Origin: Candidatus Saccharimonadia bacterium
GTDB lineage: Bacteria > Patescibacteriota > Saccharimonadia > UBA4664
DNA: 64,000 bases
Assembly: GCA_035544015.1 (NCBI GenBank)
Contig: DATKIP010000076.1
Span: 192,299 to 256,298, forward strand
Direction of reading: 5' to 3'
This document shows positions 21,505 to 29,790 of this stretch, in pieces. Under the pieces are notes generated by a model, which saw only the letters and a list, made by a program, of their open reading frames with translations, ran no database searches and was not told the origin of the DNA. How positions within the stretch are numbered: position 1 is the stretch's first letter; every line of letters begins with the position of its first letter. The translations under genes were made by a program, and so were the position numbers.

Positions 21505-22917
21505 CTAAAACCGGTTCCAAAGCCACTGATTCGTCACCTCGTGGTGATACAAAATCTCCGAATCCTTAATGGCTGTCCCCAGCTCGCGCGGATTGCGGTC
21601 GGCCGATTGCCGTTTGTAGTCCAAGTATTTCTCCTTCGAGTCCTCGCCCATAATCACGCCCGTGAGGTCGCTGGCCTTAAACAGCCGCATCGCATCCTTA
21701 ACGGTACCCGGCAAAAACCGCAGCCGTGAGCGCTTTTCGGCCGATTCCGCCTCCGGTTTCTTGTCTTCCATGCCCACCTTCAGGAGCGTAAACAGCAGCA
21801 GGTACGGATTCGTGTCCGGCGCCACCGACCGCACCTCGATGCGGGCCGTTTTCTCGTTGCCAAACGGAATCCGAATCATCGACCCGCGATCATTGGCGCT
21901 CACCTTGATCTGATTCGGCGCCTCAAAGTTCGGGTCGAGCCGCCGGTAGGCATTCACGCTCGAGTTGAGCACCAGGCAAATTTCCGGCGCCCGCGCCAGC
22001 AATTTTTCAATAAACCCCCACGCCAGCGGCGACAAGCCATCTGGACCCTTCGGATCGTGGAAGACATTTCGGCCGTCCTTGGCCAGCGAAAAATTCGTGT
22101 GCATGCCCGAGCCATTAATCCCCTGGATCGGTTTGGGCAAAAATGTCGCCGTCATGTCCATCCGCCGCGCAATCTGCCGGCACACCAGCTTGTACAGCTG
22201 CACCTGGTCGCAGGCCCGCACCACATCCGTGTACGAAAAGTTAATCTCAAACTGGCTGGGCGCCACCTCCGGGTGATCCTTCTCATTGCGAAATCCCAGC
22301 GCCCGCTGCGCTTCGGCCGCCGCATCAATGAATTGCCGCAGCCGGTCGAGCGGCAGCGAGTGGAAGTAGCCGCCGGTCGAGATCAGCTCAAACCCCTCAG
22401 TGCCGGCGTAGTGCTGCTCCGCATCAATGCCGTCGAGCAAAAAGCCCTCCAGCTCCGGCGCCATAAACGCTTCCAACCCATCCCCGGCCTTCATCTCACG
22501 GGTATAGGCTTGCAACCGCCCGCGAAAATCCGCCTCATAAGGCTTAAGCTCCCGGTCTGCCACATTGGCCCACACGATCACCTTGCCCGGACCAAACACA
22601 TCAGCCGGCAGGTGCGTGAGGCTCGTCCAATCCACGAGCAGCCGCAGATCGCTCTCGTGCAGCTGGCTAAACCCCCGGATCGACGACCCATCAAACGTCA
22701 GGTTCTCCAGCGACGCCAGCAAAAACTTTTTGTCGTAATCCAACATATGCAGCCGGCCCTCAATGTCCGAAAAACACACGGTGACCGCCTTAATCCGCGC
22801 TTCCTTTTCCAGGTAGCCCACATGCTCAGCCTTCGCTGCCTCTGGGTCGGTGAGGCGCCGCGCCGCTAGGTTCATTTGCTCAAGTTCGTCGTATGGCAGG
22901 TCGAGAAACATCTTCAT
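21505..22917 (-). CDS. glnA: Glutamine synthetase (type I)
   Basis: FDGSSIRGF, HPEVAPSQFEIN, TFLPKP, NGSGMHTNFS, NAYRRL, RIEVRS. Confidence 0.93.
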   Translation of the reverse strand: MKMFLDLPYDELEQMNLAARRLTDPEAAKAEHVGYLEKEARIKAVTVCFSDIEGRLHMLDYDKKFLLASLENLTFDGSSIRGFSQLHESDLRLLVDWTSLTHLPADVFGPGKVIVWANVADRELKPYEADFRGRLQAYTREMKAGDGLEAFMAPELEGFLLDGIDAEQHYAGTEGFELISTGGYFHSLPLDRLRQFIDAAAEAQRALGFRNEKDHPEVAPSQFEINFSYTDVVRACDQVQLYKLVCRQIARRMDMTATFLPKPIQGINGSGMHTNFSLAKDGRNVFHDPKGPDGLSPLAWGFIEKLLARAPEICLVLNSSVNAYRRLDPNFEAPNQIKVSANDRGSMIRIPFGNEKTARIEVRSVAPDTNPYLLLFTLLKVGMEDKKPEAESAEKRSRLRFLPGTVKDAMRLFKASDLTGVIMGEDSKEKYLDYKRQSADRNPRELGTAIKDSEILYHHEVTNQWLWNRF

Positions 22918-23036
22918 ATCTCCGTAATTAGTCTTACCATATTGATAATTAATACTATTGTCAAAGCAATAAACTTAAAATCGCCCGTATTCACATAACG
23001 CTTGTGGCTACGCCCAAATCGACGTACAGTAAACCC

Positions 23037-23243
23037 ATGCAAGACCTCCCCAAAACCCCTGCCCGCACTACACGCACCCGCGACAATTTCCTAGCCGAAG
23101 CCGTCCGGCCCCGAGGCCCGCGCCTCACCTACGGCGACGGGTTCCGCCTTGGTATTGGCATCATCACCGCCCAACTCCTCATCGGCCTCCTCGTTGGCGG
23201 CCTCACGTGGGCGCTGATGGTTGCCTTTAAGCTTCATATATAG
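23037..23243 (+). CDS. Small membrane protein
   Basis: DGFRLGIG followed by one TM helix. Confidence 0.5.
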   Translation: MQDLPKTPARTTRTRDNFLAEAVRPRGPRLTYGDGFRLGIGIITAQLLIGLLVGGLTWALMVAFKLHI

Positions 23244-23284
23244 TAATCTTTGCTCTTGTTGACCCTACGGGTGGTCAAACATAT

Positions 23285-23361
23285 GGGGCTATAGCTCAGT
23301 TGGCTAGAGCGTCTGCATGGCATGCAGAAGGTCCAGGGTTCGAGTCCCTGTAGCTCCACCA
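23285..23361 (+). tRNA. tRNA-Ala(GGC)
   Basis: GGGGCTA acceptor, TCTGC-ATGGCAT-GCAGA anticodon arm, GGTTCGAGTCC, CCA end. Confidence 0.96.
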
Positions 23362-23453
23362 GGAATTATTTATTTGAACCCCGACCCCAGTTTGACACCT
23401 CAAGCATAAGTGCGATAATAAACCCACATAAAGGGTAAAAACAAAACAACATC

Positions 23454-23774
23454 ATGAATAATCATCTGCACGATCAGCGTGGCGTGGCCATGGTTCTCGA
23501 GTTGGTGCTGGTGGCGGCTGTGCTCGGGCTCGTGGGCGTGGCGCTCTACCAGTCGTCGCACCGCGGCGGCCCCGCCGCCTCGGTCACGAGCACCCCCACG
23601 CCGGCCGCTAAGGCCGCCGTGAGCGTGGCCAATGCCGCAGCCGCCATTAGCGAGACCGAATCGGCCTCCGATGCCAACCTCAGTGCCACCGCCGAAGATT
23701 CAGCCGGCATCGCCGCCGAGCCCGATGTAGACATCACTAATCTAGGAGGCAGCGCCAGTGAAAACGCTTACTAG
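23454..23774 (+). CDS. Prepilin-like small protein
   Basis: DQRG|VAMVLELVLVAAVLGLVG resembles a type IV pilin leader. Confidence 0.55.
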   Translation: MNNHLHDQRGVAMVLELVLVAAVLGLVGVALYQSSHRGGPAASVTSTPTPAAKAAVSVANAAAAISETESASDANLSATAEDSAGIAAEPDVDITNLGGSASENAY

Positions 23775-24543
23775 ATTATTGCTAGCAGCCACCTTGACCA
23801 GCGTGCTCCTGCCCGGCATCGCCGCCGCCAAAGACAGCGCTAGCCCCACCCGCCAGGGGGACGCCCAGGCTAAAGTCAAAATCGACGGCAGCCAGTTTTG
23901 CTCGCGCTATGCCGACGCCACCACCACCGTTACTACCGAAACCGCCGACCGCTTCGGCAAACTCAGCGATAATTTTGCCGCCCGCAGCCAAAAGGTAAAC
24001 GACCAATTTGCCGATGTGGCAGCCAAAATAGCCGCCAACCGGGCCGACGTCGACGCCAAACTCACTGCCAAACTGGCCGAACTCGACACCAAGGCCACTA
24101 CCGAGGCCCAAAAAGCCGCCGTGGCCGAATACAAAGCCAGCGTGCTCACCGCCCGCGCCGCCCGCCGCGCCACCGTAGACGCTGCCGATGCCGCCTTCAA
24201 GGCCGCGGTGGCCGGCTCCGTCACCGCTCGGCAAAATCAGCTGCGGGCCGCCGCGACCGCCTACAAAACCGCCGTCGCCAAGGCCCTAGCCGACGCCAAA
24301 GCCAGCTGCGCGGCCGGTGCCAGTGCCGCCACCGTGCGCGCCAGCCTCAAAACCGCCCTGGACACCGCTCGCGCCAACCTCGAAACCGCCCGCCAGGCCG
24401 CCGACAAAGTCGGACCCAACCTCGACGCCGCCAAGACCGCCCGCAAAGCCGCGGTCGATCAGGCCAACACCACCTTCAGGGCCGCCATCAAAGCCGCTCT
24501 CGCCAAACTCCGGGCCGCCCTCGGCGTGACACCCGCTCCCTAG
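23758..24543 (+). CDS. Secreted Ala/Lys-rich helical protein
   Basis: AGGAGG RBS and GTG start; signal peptide; helical Ala-rich body with two Cys. Confidence 0.7.
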   Translation: MKTLTRLLLAATLTSVLLPGIAAAKDSASPTRQGDAQAKVKIDGSQFCSRYADATTTVTTETADRFGKLSDNFAARSQKVNDQFADVAAKIAANRADVDAKLTAKLAELDTKATTEAQKAAVAEYKASVLTARAARRATVDAADAAFKAAVAGSVTARQNQLRAAATAYKTAVAKALADAKASCAAGASAATVRASLKTALDTARANLETARQAADKVGPNLDAAKTARKAAVDQANTTFRAAIKAALAKLRAALGVTPAP

Positions 24544-24581
24544 CCACGCCTACGTATCGCGAGCTCGGATCACACTCACCA

Positions 24582-24631
24582 CGGAATTACTACCATCTGG
24601 AGTATGTACCCAGAAGGTAGTAAAATGCCGA
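24582..24631. repeat. Imperfect palindrome directly before padR
   Basis: TTACTACC-ATCTGG...CCAGA-AGGTAGTAA; aligns with the reverse complement of 20992-21046. Confidence 0.65.
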
Positions 24632-24634
24632 CCC

Positions 24635-25042
24635 ATGGACCCCTACTCACAAGCTCCCAAGCCGCTGCGCCCGGCAGAATTCTACGCCCTCCTGGCCCTT
24701 GCGCGTCGAGAGCTCCACGGCTATGCCCTGCGGAGCCAGATCATCAAAGACTCGCTGGGCGGCGTCATACTCCCGCCCAACAAGCAATACCCGCTACTCA
24801 CCAGACTCCAAGATGAGGGATTTGTCGATCTCATTGGCAAGCGCCCAGTCGGCACACAGGCCAAAGAGCGTCACGTTTACGGCCTCTCGCCGCACGGCGC
24901 CCTTCGCCTCCGCGAAGAATTAACCCGTCTGCATCACGCCGTCGAAATCGCCCAAAACGCCCATCTCCTCGAGCCCCCCAAGCTCTCCCCGGACATCCAG
25001 CGCCTGCTACTTGACCTCGAAATCAGCGCCGAGCGCCGCTAA
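24635..25042 (+). CDS. PadR family transcriptional regulator
   Basis: FYALLALARRELHGY, YPLLTRLQDEGFV, RHVYGLSPHG. Confidence 0.82.
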   Translation: MDPYSQAPKPLRPAEFYALLALARRELHGYALRSQIIKDSLGGVILPPNKQYPLLTRLQDEGFVDLIGKRPVGTQAKERHVYGLSPHGALRLREELTRLHHAVEIAQNAHLLEPPKLSPDIQRLLLDLEISAERR

Positions 25043-26311
25043 TTTGTCCCACAATTTCTCATAACCGCGATCCAAGTGATGCACCCCCGTGAGCGTGCTC
25101 TCGCCGGTCGCCACCAGCGCTGCGATCACCTGCGCCATCCCCGCGCGAATGTCAGGAATATCAATCGTCGTAGCGTGTAAGGGCGTGGGGCCTTTGATGA
25201 CCGCCGAATGTCGTTCCGAATGGTGTTGAAACCGGCACGGCAGCTCGCCCAGGCACTTCGCGAACACCCCGATGTCGGCCCCCATGCGCCGCAAATCTTC
25301 GGTGTAACCAAAGCGGTCCTCATACACCGTCTCGTGCACTACCGAAATTCCTTTGGCTTGGGTGAGCGTCACCACGGTCGGCTGCTGCCAATCCGTCGCA
25401 AATCCCGGGTAGGTGTCGGTCTCGAGCTCGACTCCCACGAGCCCTCCCGGCCCCCGCCGAAAGCGAATCCCCTCGGGCAGCACCTCATAGTCGCCGCCAA
25501 TCCGCCGCACGGTGTTCAAGAACGTCACCATGTCACTCTGCCGCGCATCTTCGACGATAATCTCCCCATCAGTAGCCAGCGCCAGGTTCGCAAACGACGC
25601 TGCCTCCAAGCGATCCGGCAATACGCGAAATTTGGCTCCGTGAAGCTTTTCTACGCCATCAATCGTGAGCACCCGGTTGGCGCCCAGCTCAATAATCGCC
25701 CCCATTTGCTGCAAAAATTTCACAATCTCAGTAATTTCCGGCTCCACCGCCGCGTTTTCGATCCGCGTACGGCCCTTCGCCAGCACCCCGGCCAGCATCA
25801 CCGATTCAGTGGCGCCTACGCTCGGGAAGGGGAGTGTAACCGTGGTGCCGTGCAGACCCCCCTTGGGTGCCCGCGCGCGGTAATACTCTTCGTGCTCCTC
25901 GATCACCGCGCCCATCTGCTCCAGCGCCCGCAGGTGGAAATTCACCGGCCGCGGGCCGATCGCATCCCCGCCCACACGTGGCACCTCCGCCTCGCCGGAC
26001 CGATGGAGTAGCGGCGCCAGGGCCAAAATCGAAATCCGGTTGGCGCGGCTCATCTTGGCCACGCGCGTACTCGTCACGCTCGGGGTATGCAGCGTCACGT
26101 GCCCGCCGTCGCGCCGCACATGGGCTCCCACCGCCGCGCAAATCTCGGCCGTGATCGATAATTCCTCAATCTGGGGACAATTTTCGAGCTCAACCTCCTC
26201 GTCAGTCAAAAGACTGGCGATCATCATTTTCGAAGCTGCGTTTTTGGCACCGGCCACGCGCACACGGCCGGATAGGGCACGGCCACCCCGTATCGTGAGA
26301 ATTTTAATCAT
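25007..26311 (-). CDS. murA: UDP-N-acetylglucosamine 1-carboxyvinyltransferase (Asp-type active site)
   Basis: GAKNA, GGDAIGPRPVNFH, SVGATE, ENAAVEPE, DIRAG, HLDRGYE. Confidence 0.95.
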   Translation of the reverse strand: MIKILTIRGGRALSGRVRVAGAKNAASKMMIASLLTDEEVELENCPQIEELSITAEICAAVGAHVRRDGGHVTLHTPSVTSTRVAKMSRANRISILALAPLLHRSGEAEVPRVGGDAIGPRPVNFHLRALEQMGAVIEEHEEYYRARAPKGGLHGTTVTLPFPSVGATESVMLAGVLAKGRTRIENAAVEPEITEIVKFLQQMGAIIELGANRVLTIDGVEKLHGAKFRVLPDRLEAASFANLALATDGEIIVEDARQSDMVTFLNTVRRIGGDYEVLPEGIRFRRGPGGLVGVELETDTYPGFATDWQQPTVVTLTQAKGISVVHETVYEDRFGYTEDLRRMGADIGVFAKCLGELPCRFQHHSERHSAVIKGPTPLHATTIDIPDIRAGMAQVIAALVATGESTLTGVHHLDRGYEKLWDKLAALGADFEVK

Positions 26312-26352
26312 AAGGAAATTCTAGCACGCGCCGGCGGTGTTATCATGCCTAT

Positions 26353-27579
26353 ATGAAACCCCTTCTGCGGCGCATTATCGCCAGCCTGTTTGAGCGCCAG
26401 GTCCGCCGCGTCATCGCGCGCCATCATCTCACCGTCGTGGCGGTGGCCGGCAGCGTTGGCAAAACCACCACCAAACAAGCCATAGCCACCGTTCTGAGCG
26501 AAAAATATCAAGTTTTGGTACATCCCGGCAATTACAATTCAGAGCTGGGGCTGCCATTATCGGTCTTTGAGCTCACTGTACCGGCCTCGCTGCTCAACCC
26601 CTTCGCCTGGATCTGGCGGCTCGTGCAGGCCGGGCGCCGCGTGCGTAATTACCCCTACCAAGTCCTCGTACTCGAGCTCGCCACCGACCATCCCGGCGAA
26701 ATCCCCCGCTATCTGCGCTATCTCACGCCCGATATCGGCGTGCTCACCGCGCTCACTCCCGAGCACATGGAAAACTTCCCCGGCGGCCTGGATGAGGTAG
26801 CGGCCGAAGAAATGGCCCTCGCCGGAGCATCCAAAATACTGGTGCTCAACGACGACGCGGTCCCCCAGAAATACCAAGACCAATATCTGGGCGACCATCC
26901 CAGCGTGCTCAAATACGGCCACAAAATCGGCGGAAACCATCCCTCAAACCCTCAGATTCTCGGCGATCACATGCGCCTGGCGCTGGACGCCGCCGCTCTG
27001 GTCGCTCGACAGCTCAAACTCACTCCTCACCAGATTCAAGCCGGCATTGAGCGCGTTCGGCCCGTCTCGGGGCGCATGAACCCGCTACCGGGTATAAATG
27101 GCACCGTCATCATCGATGATACCTATAATTCCAGCCCCGAAGCCATCGTAGCGGCCTTGACCGCGCTGGCCTCGTATCCTGCGAGCGGCCGCCGCATCGC
27201 CATCCTCGGCTCTATGAATGAGATGGGGTCGGCGTCGCCTCGCTACCACGAAGAGGCGGGGGTGGCCGCGGCCGGTGTAGACCTGCTCGTCACCATCGGC
27301 GCCCTAGCCAATACCTATCTGGGCCCAGCCGCCGTAAACGCCGGCCTCGACCCCACGCGCTGGAAGCCGGCCGATTCGCCGTACGTCGCCGGGGCGTTCC
27401 TCGGGCTCCTGCTTCAGCCCGGCGACGTAGTGCTCGCCAAAGGCTCCCAAAACGGCGTTTTCGCCGAAGAGGCCGTCAAGCTGCTGCTCGCCGACCCGGC
27501 CGATGCCGCTCATCTCGTGCGCCAATCACCCGCCTGGCTGCGCACCAAACGCGCCCAGTTTCCGGATGCGCAGGGGTAA
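26353..27579 (+). CDS. murF: Mur ligase, MurF-like
   Basis: VAGSVGKTTTK, NSELGLP, IDDTYNSSP, ILGSMNEMG, VLAKGS. Confidence 0.85.
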   Translation: MKPLLRRIIASLFERQVRRVIARHHLTVVAVAGSVGKTTTKQAIATVLSEKYQVLVHPGNYNSELGLPLSVFELTVPASLLNPFAWIWRLVQAGRRVRNYPYQVLVLELATDHPGEIPRYLRYLTPDIGVLTALTPEHMENFPGGLDEVAAEEMALAGASKILVLNDDAVPQKYQDQYLGDHPSVLKYGHKIGGNHPSNPQILGDHMRLALDAAALVARQLKLTPHQIQAGIERVRPVSGRMNPLPGINGTVIIDDTYNSSPEAIVAALTALASYPASGRRIAILGSMNEMGSASPRYHEEAGVAAAGVDLLVTIGALANTYLGPAAVNAGLDPTRWKPADSPYVAGAFLGLLLQPGDVVLAKGSQNGVFAEEAVKLLLADPADAAHLVRQSPAWLRTKRAQFPDAQG

Positions 27580-27657
27580 CCATTCTCGCTCTGCGCCACC
27601 CACACAGCGTGAGTGGCGCAGAGCTGCCGCCCCGTAACGGCGATGTTCAGCGGGACC

Positions 27658-28304
27658 CTACGCCTCCGGCCAACCGCTACTCAGCAGGTCGAGCGCCGCT
27701 AGAGTCTGCAGCACGCGCTGCACATAGCTCACCTCCGCCGACAGGTCGGCCGTGCCCGCCTGCTCCAGGAGCCGGTAGATCACGCGGCCGTCTCGATACC
27801 ACACACGCATGGCTCCCAGGCTCACGCCGTAGCCCGGCCCGGCTCGTTGACCCCACACGTCGACGTCGCATGGACGCAGCTCAATGCCCAGAGTCTGGAG
27901 CTTCGCCCGGTTCACGAGCACCACTGTTTCGCCCGTTTGCCCTCCCAGGAAGATCCGACTGAAGACTTCGCCGTGCCATCGTGGCCACAGCGCCGAGGGG
28001 TCGCCGGGGAAGGGCTCACTACGCGCAGCATCTGCACGCCCGTCTCCACTAGTGCCCTAACCGGCTCGATATAGGGCCGCTTGGCTATTGACCCCTCCAG
28101 CACCGCCACGCTAGCCTGCGCGGCCACCGTTTCGGCCTCAGGGAGCCCGACCCCATCATTGAGCGCCGCTTCGCGCGTGTGCAGCCAGGCCAGAAAGGCC
28201 GGGTGCTCCTGCCAGACGGCCCGGTTGTCGCCGCAGGCCAGAACGCGTAGGGCTTGCTCCTGCTCCGGCGTTTGCGTTGGCTCTTTGAGCCTTGTCACGA
28301 TCAC
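27658..28304 (-). pseudogene. Hypothetical gene split into two frames (27912-28304 and 27658-~28020)
   Basis: The second frame is open from about 28020 (SEPFPGDPSALWPRWHGEVFSRIF...VVLVNR) and continues the first ORF after LRV. Confidence 0.4.
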
Positions 28305-28362
28305 ATCCCCGTTCGTTCGGATTTTCGGACGCCATCACCATAGCCAGACAGTATCCGGGTCG

Positions 28363-29436
28363 TCAATGCCCGTGCAACACCAAATACTGCGTCATCATGC
28401 CCGCCTCCATGTGATCCGCCACGTGGCAGTGGAACATCCATAATCCCGCCGCATCCGGTATCATATCCACCGAGCGCATACTTGCTGGCAGTAGCTCCAC
28501 CACGTCGGTCGTGAGGCCGGTTTCCGTTTTTACCACGTTGCCATGCCAATGCGGCGTGTGCACATCGGGCTCGTTGCCCAGATCGAGCAAATGCCACCGC
28601 ACTCGGTCGCCCTGGTTCATGATGAACCCCGTGAGGTTGCTAAATATTCGGCCATTCATGGCGTGCTTTTGCGCGCCTTCATGTTCGTCGTCGGTCATGC
28701 CCGGCTTCGATTCATCAAAAATCATAAACAGCGCCACAAATTCGTGATCCACATCATCGGGCGAGCCGTCAGCCCGGGCATGCTGCGGCGAGGTGATGAT
28801 AATCGGCCCGATCACGCCGTCGTAAATATCGTCGGGCGTCACATGCGAGTGGTACAGCCACACCCGCGAGCTGCCCTGGCCGGGTTGCGGGCCGGCATCG
28901 GGCCGCACGTGCCAGGTGTAGGTGAACGACCCTCCGGGCGCCACCATCCCTCCGGCCGCCCCGGCGCTATCCCTCATCGCCTGCTGCATGGTCGCGGCGT
29001 CCAGCGGCCCTCCCGCGCCATCGTCGCCATCCATCATCATGGCGCCCTCATTCTCTTTGGTGTACTCCACCCCGTGCGGATGAATACTATAGGGCTTGGC
29101 AGCGCGATTTTTGAACACTACCTTAATGGTATCGCCCGGCACACCTCGGATAATCGGCCCCAAAATCCCCAGCCACTCCGCCTGCGGCTTTTTAGCAGTG
29201 AAGCTAGCATCGGTATATTCAATGTAGCGGGTTTTGCTATAGACCAGCTGATCGCTATAGGGCTGCGGCACCGGCCCGTGTGAGGCCAAATCGTGCCCAC
29301 CCGGCGCATAATTCCACTCCCCATCCTCGGCCGCAATATAATACGTGCGCGTGTGTGGATGGTAGGTCGAGCCATTCGTCAGAGCCGTCACCACCGCCAA
29401 TACCACCAATAAACCCACCGCGAAAAAGCGCCACAC
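28363..29436 (-). CDS. Two-domain multicopper oxidase (small-laccase-like)
   Basis: AGAGGAA RBS, GTG start and signal peptide; HPHG, YHSH, HTPHWHG, HCHVADHMEAGM. Confidence 0.9.
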   Translation of the reverse strand: MWRFFAVGLLVVLAVVTALTNGSTYHPHTRTYYIAAEDGEWNYAPGGHDLASHGPVPQPYSDQLVYSKTRYIEYTDASFTAKKPQAEWLGILGPIIRGVPGDTIKVVFKNRAAKPYSIHPHGVEYTKENEGAMMMDGDDGAGGPLDAATMQQAMRDSAGAAGGMVAPGGSFTYTWHVRPDAGPQPGQGSSRVWLYHSHVTPDDIYDGVIGPIIITSPQHARADGSPDDVDHEFVALFMIFDESKPGMTDDEHEGAQKHAMNGRIFSNLTGFIMNQGDRVRWHLLDLGNEPDVHTPHWHGNVVKTETGLTTDVVELLPASMRSVDMIPDAAGLWMFHCHVADHMEAGMMTQYLVLHGH

Positions 29437-29498
29437 AGGCCGGTTCCTCTTACTGTATAGTTTAGTATACCTTTCCCCGAAATATAAAGCCCCCAGCC

Positions 29499-29652
29499 AT
29501 GACCAAACCGCTCCCCATCCCCACCCATCTCGGCCTCGCCCGAGCCCAAACGCTACCTCGAATTCGCTACCACCCACGCCTACAAGCACGACCCCGACAT
29601 GCTAGAGCGCATTAACGCCGCGACAATCGAGTTCTTTAAAAGCTACCTCTAA
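29499..29652 (+). pseudogene. Gene remnant resembling an alpha/beta-hydrolase C-terminus
   Basis: MTKPLPIPTHLGL then, in another frame, EPKRYLEFATTHAYKHDPDMLERINAATIEFFKSYL*. Confidence 0.35.
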
Positions 29653-29790
29653 GGGGCGCCCCACATCCCGTGCATGCATAGCGTTTTTTAGCTCATATAT
29701 GAGATGCGGGGGATACCATACATGATATAAAAACGGCCAGCCCACGGGAGGATAGTTAGCCCCAGCATGAATCCATGTATACTTAAGGCC

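Noticed and set aside
29660-29790. Paired segments upstream of leuS as a T-box riboswitch
   Set aside because: No T-box consensus or specifier stem, and a -10 box lies directly before the ATG
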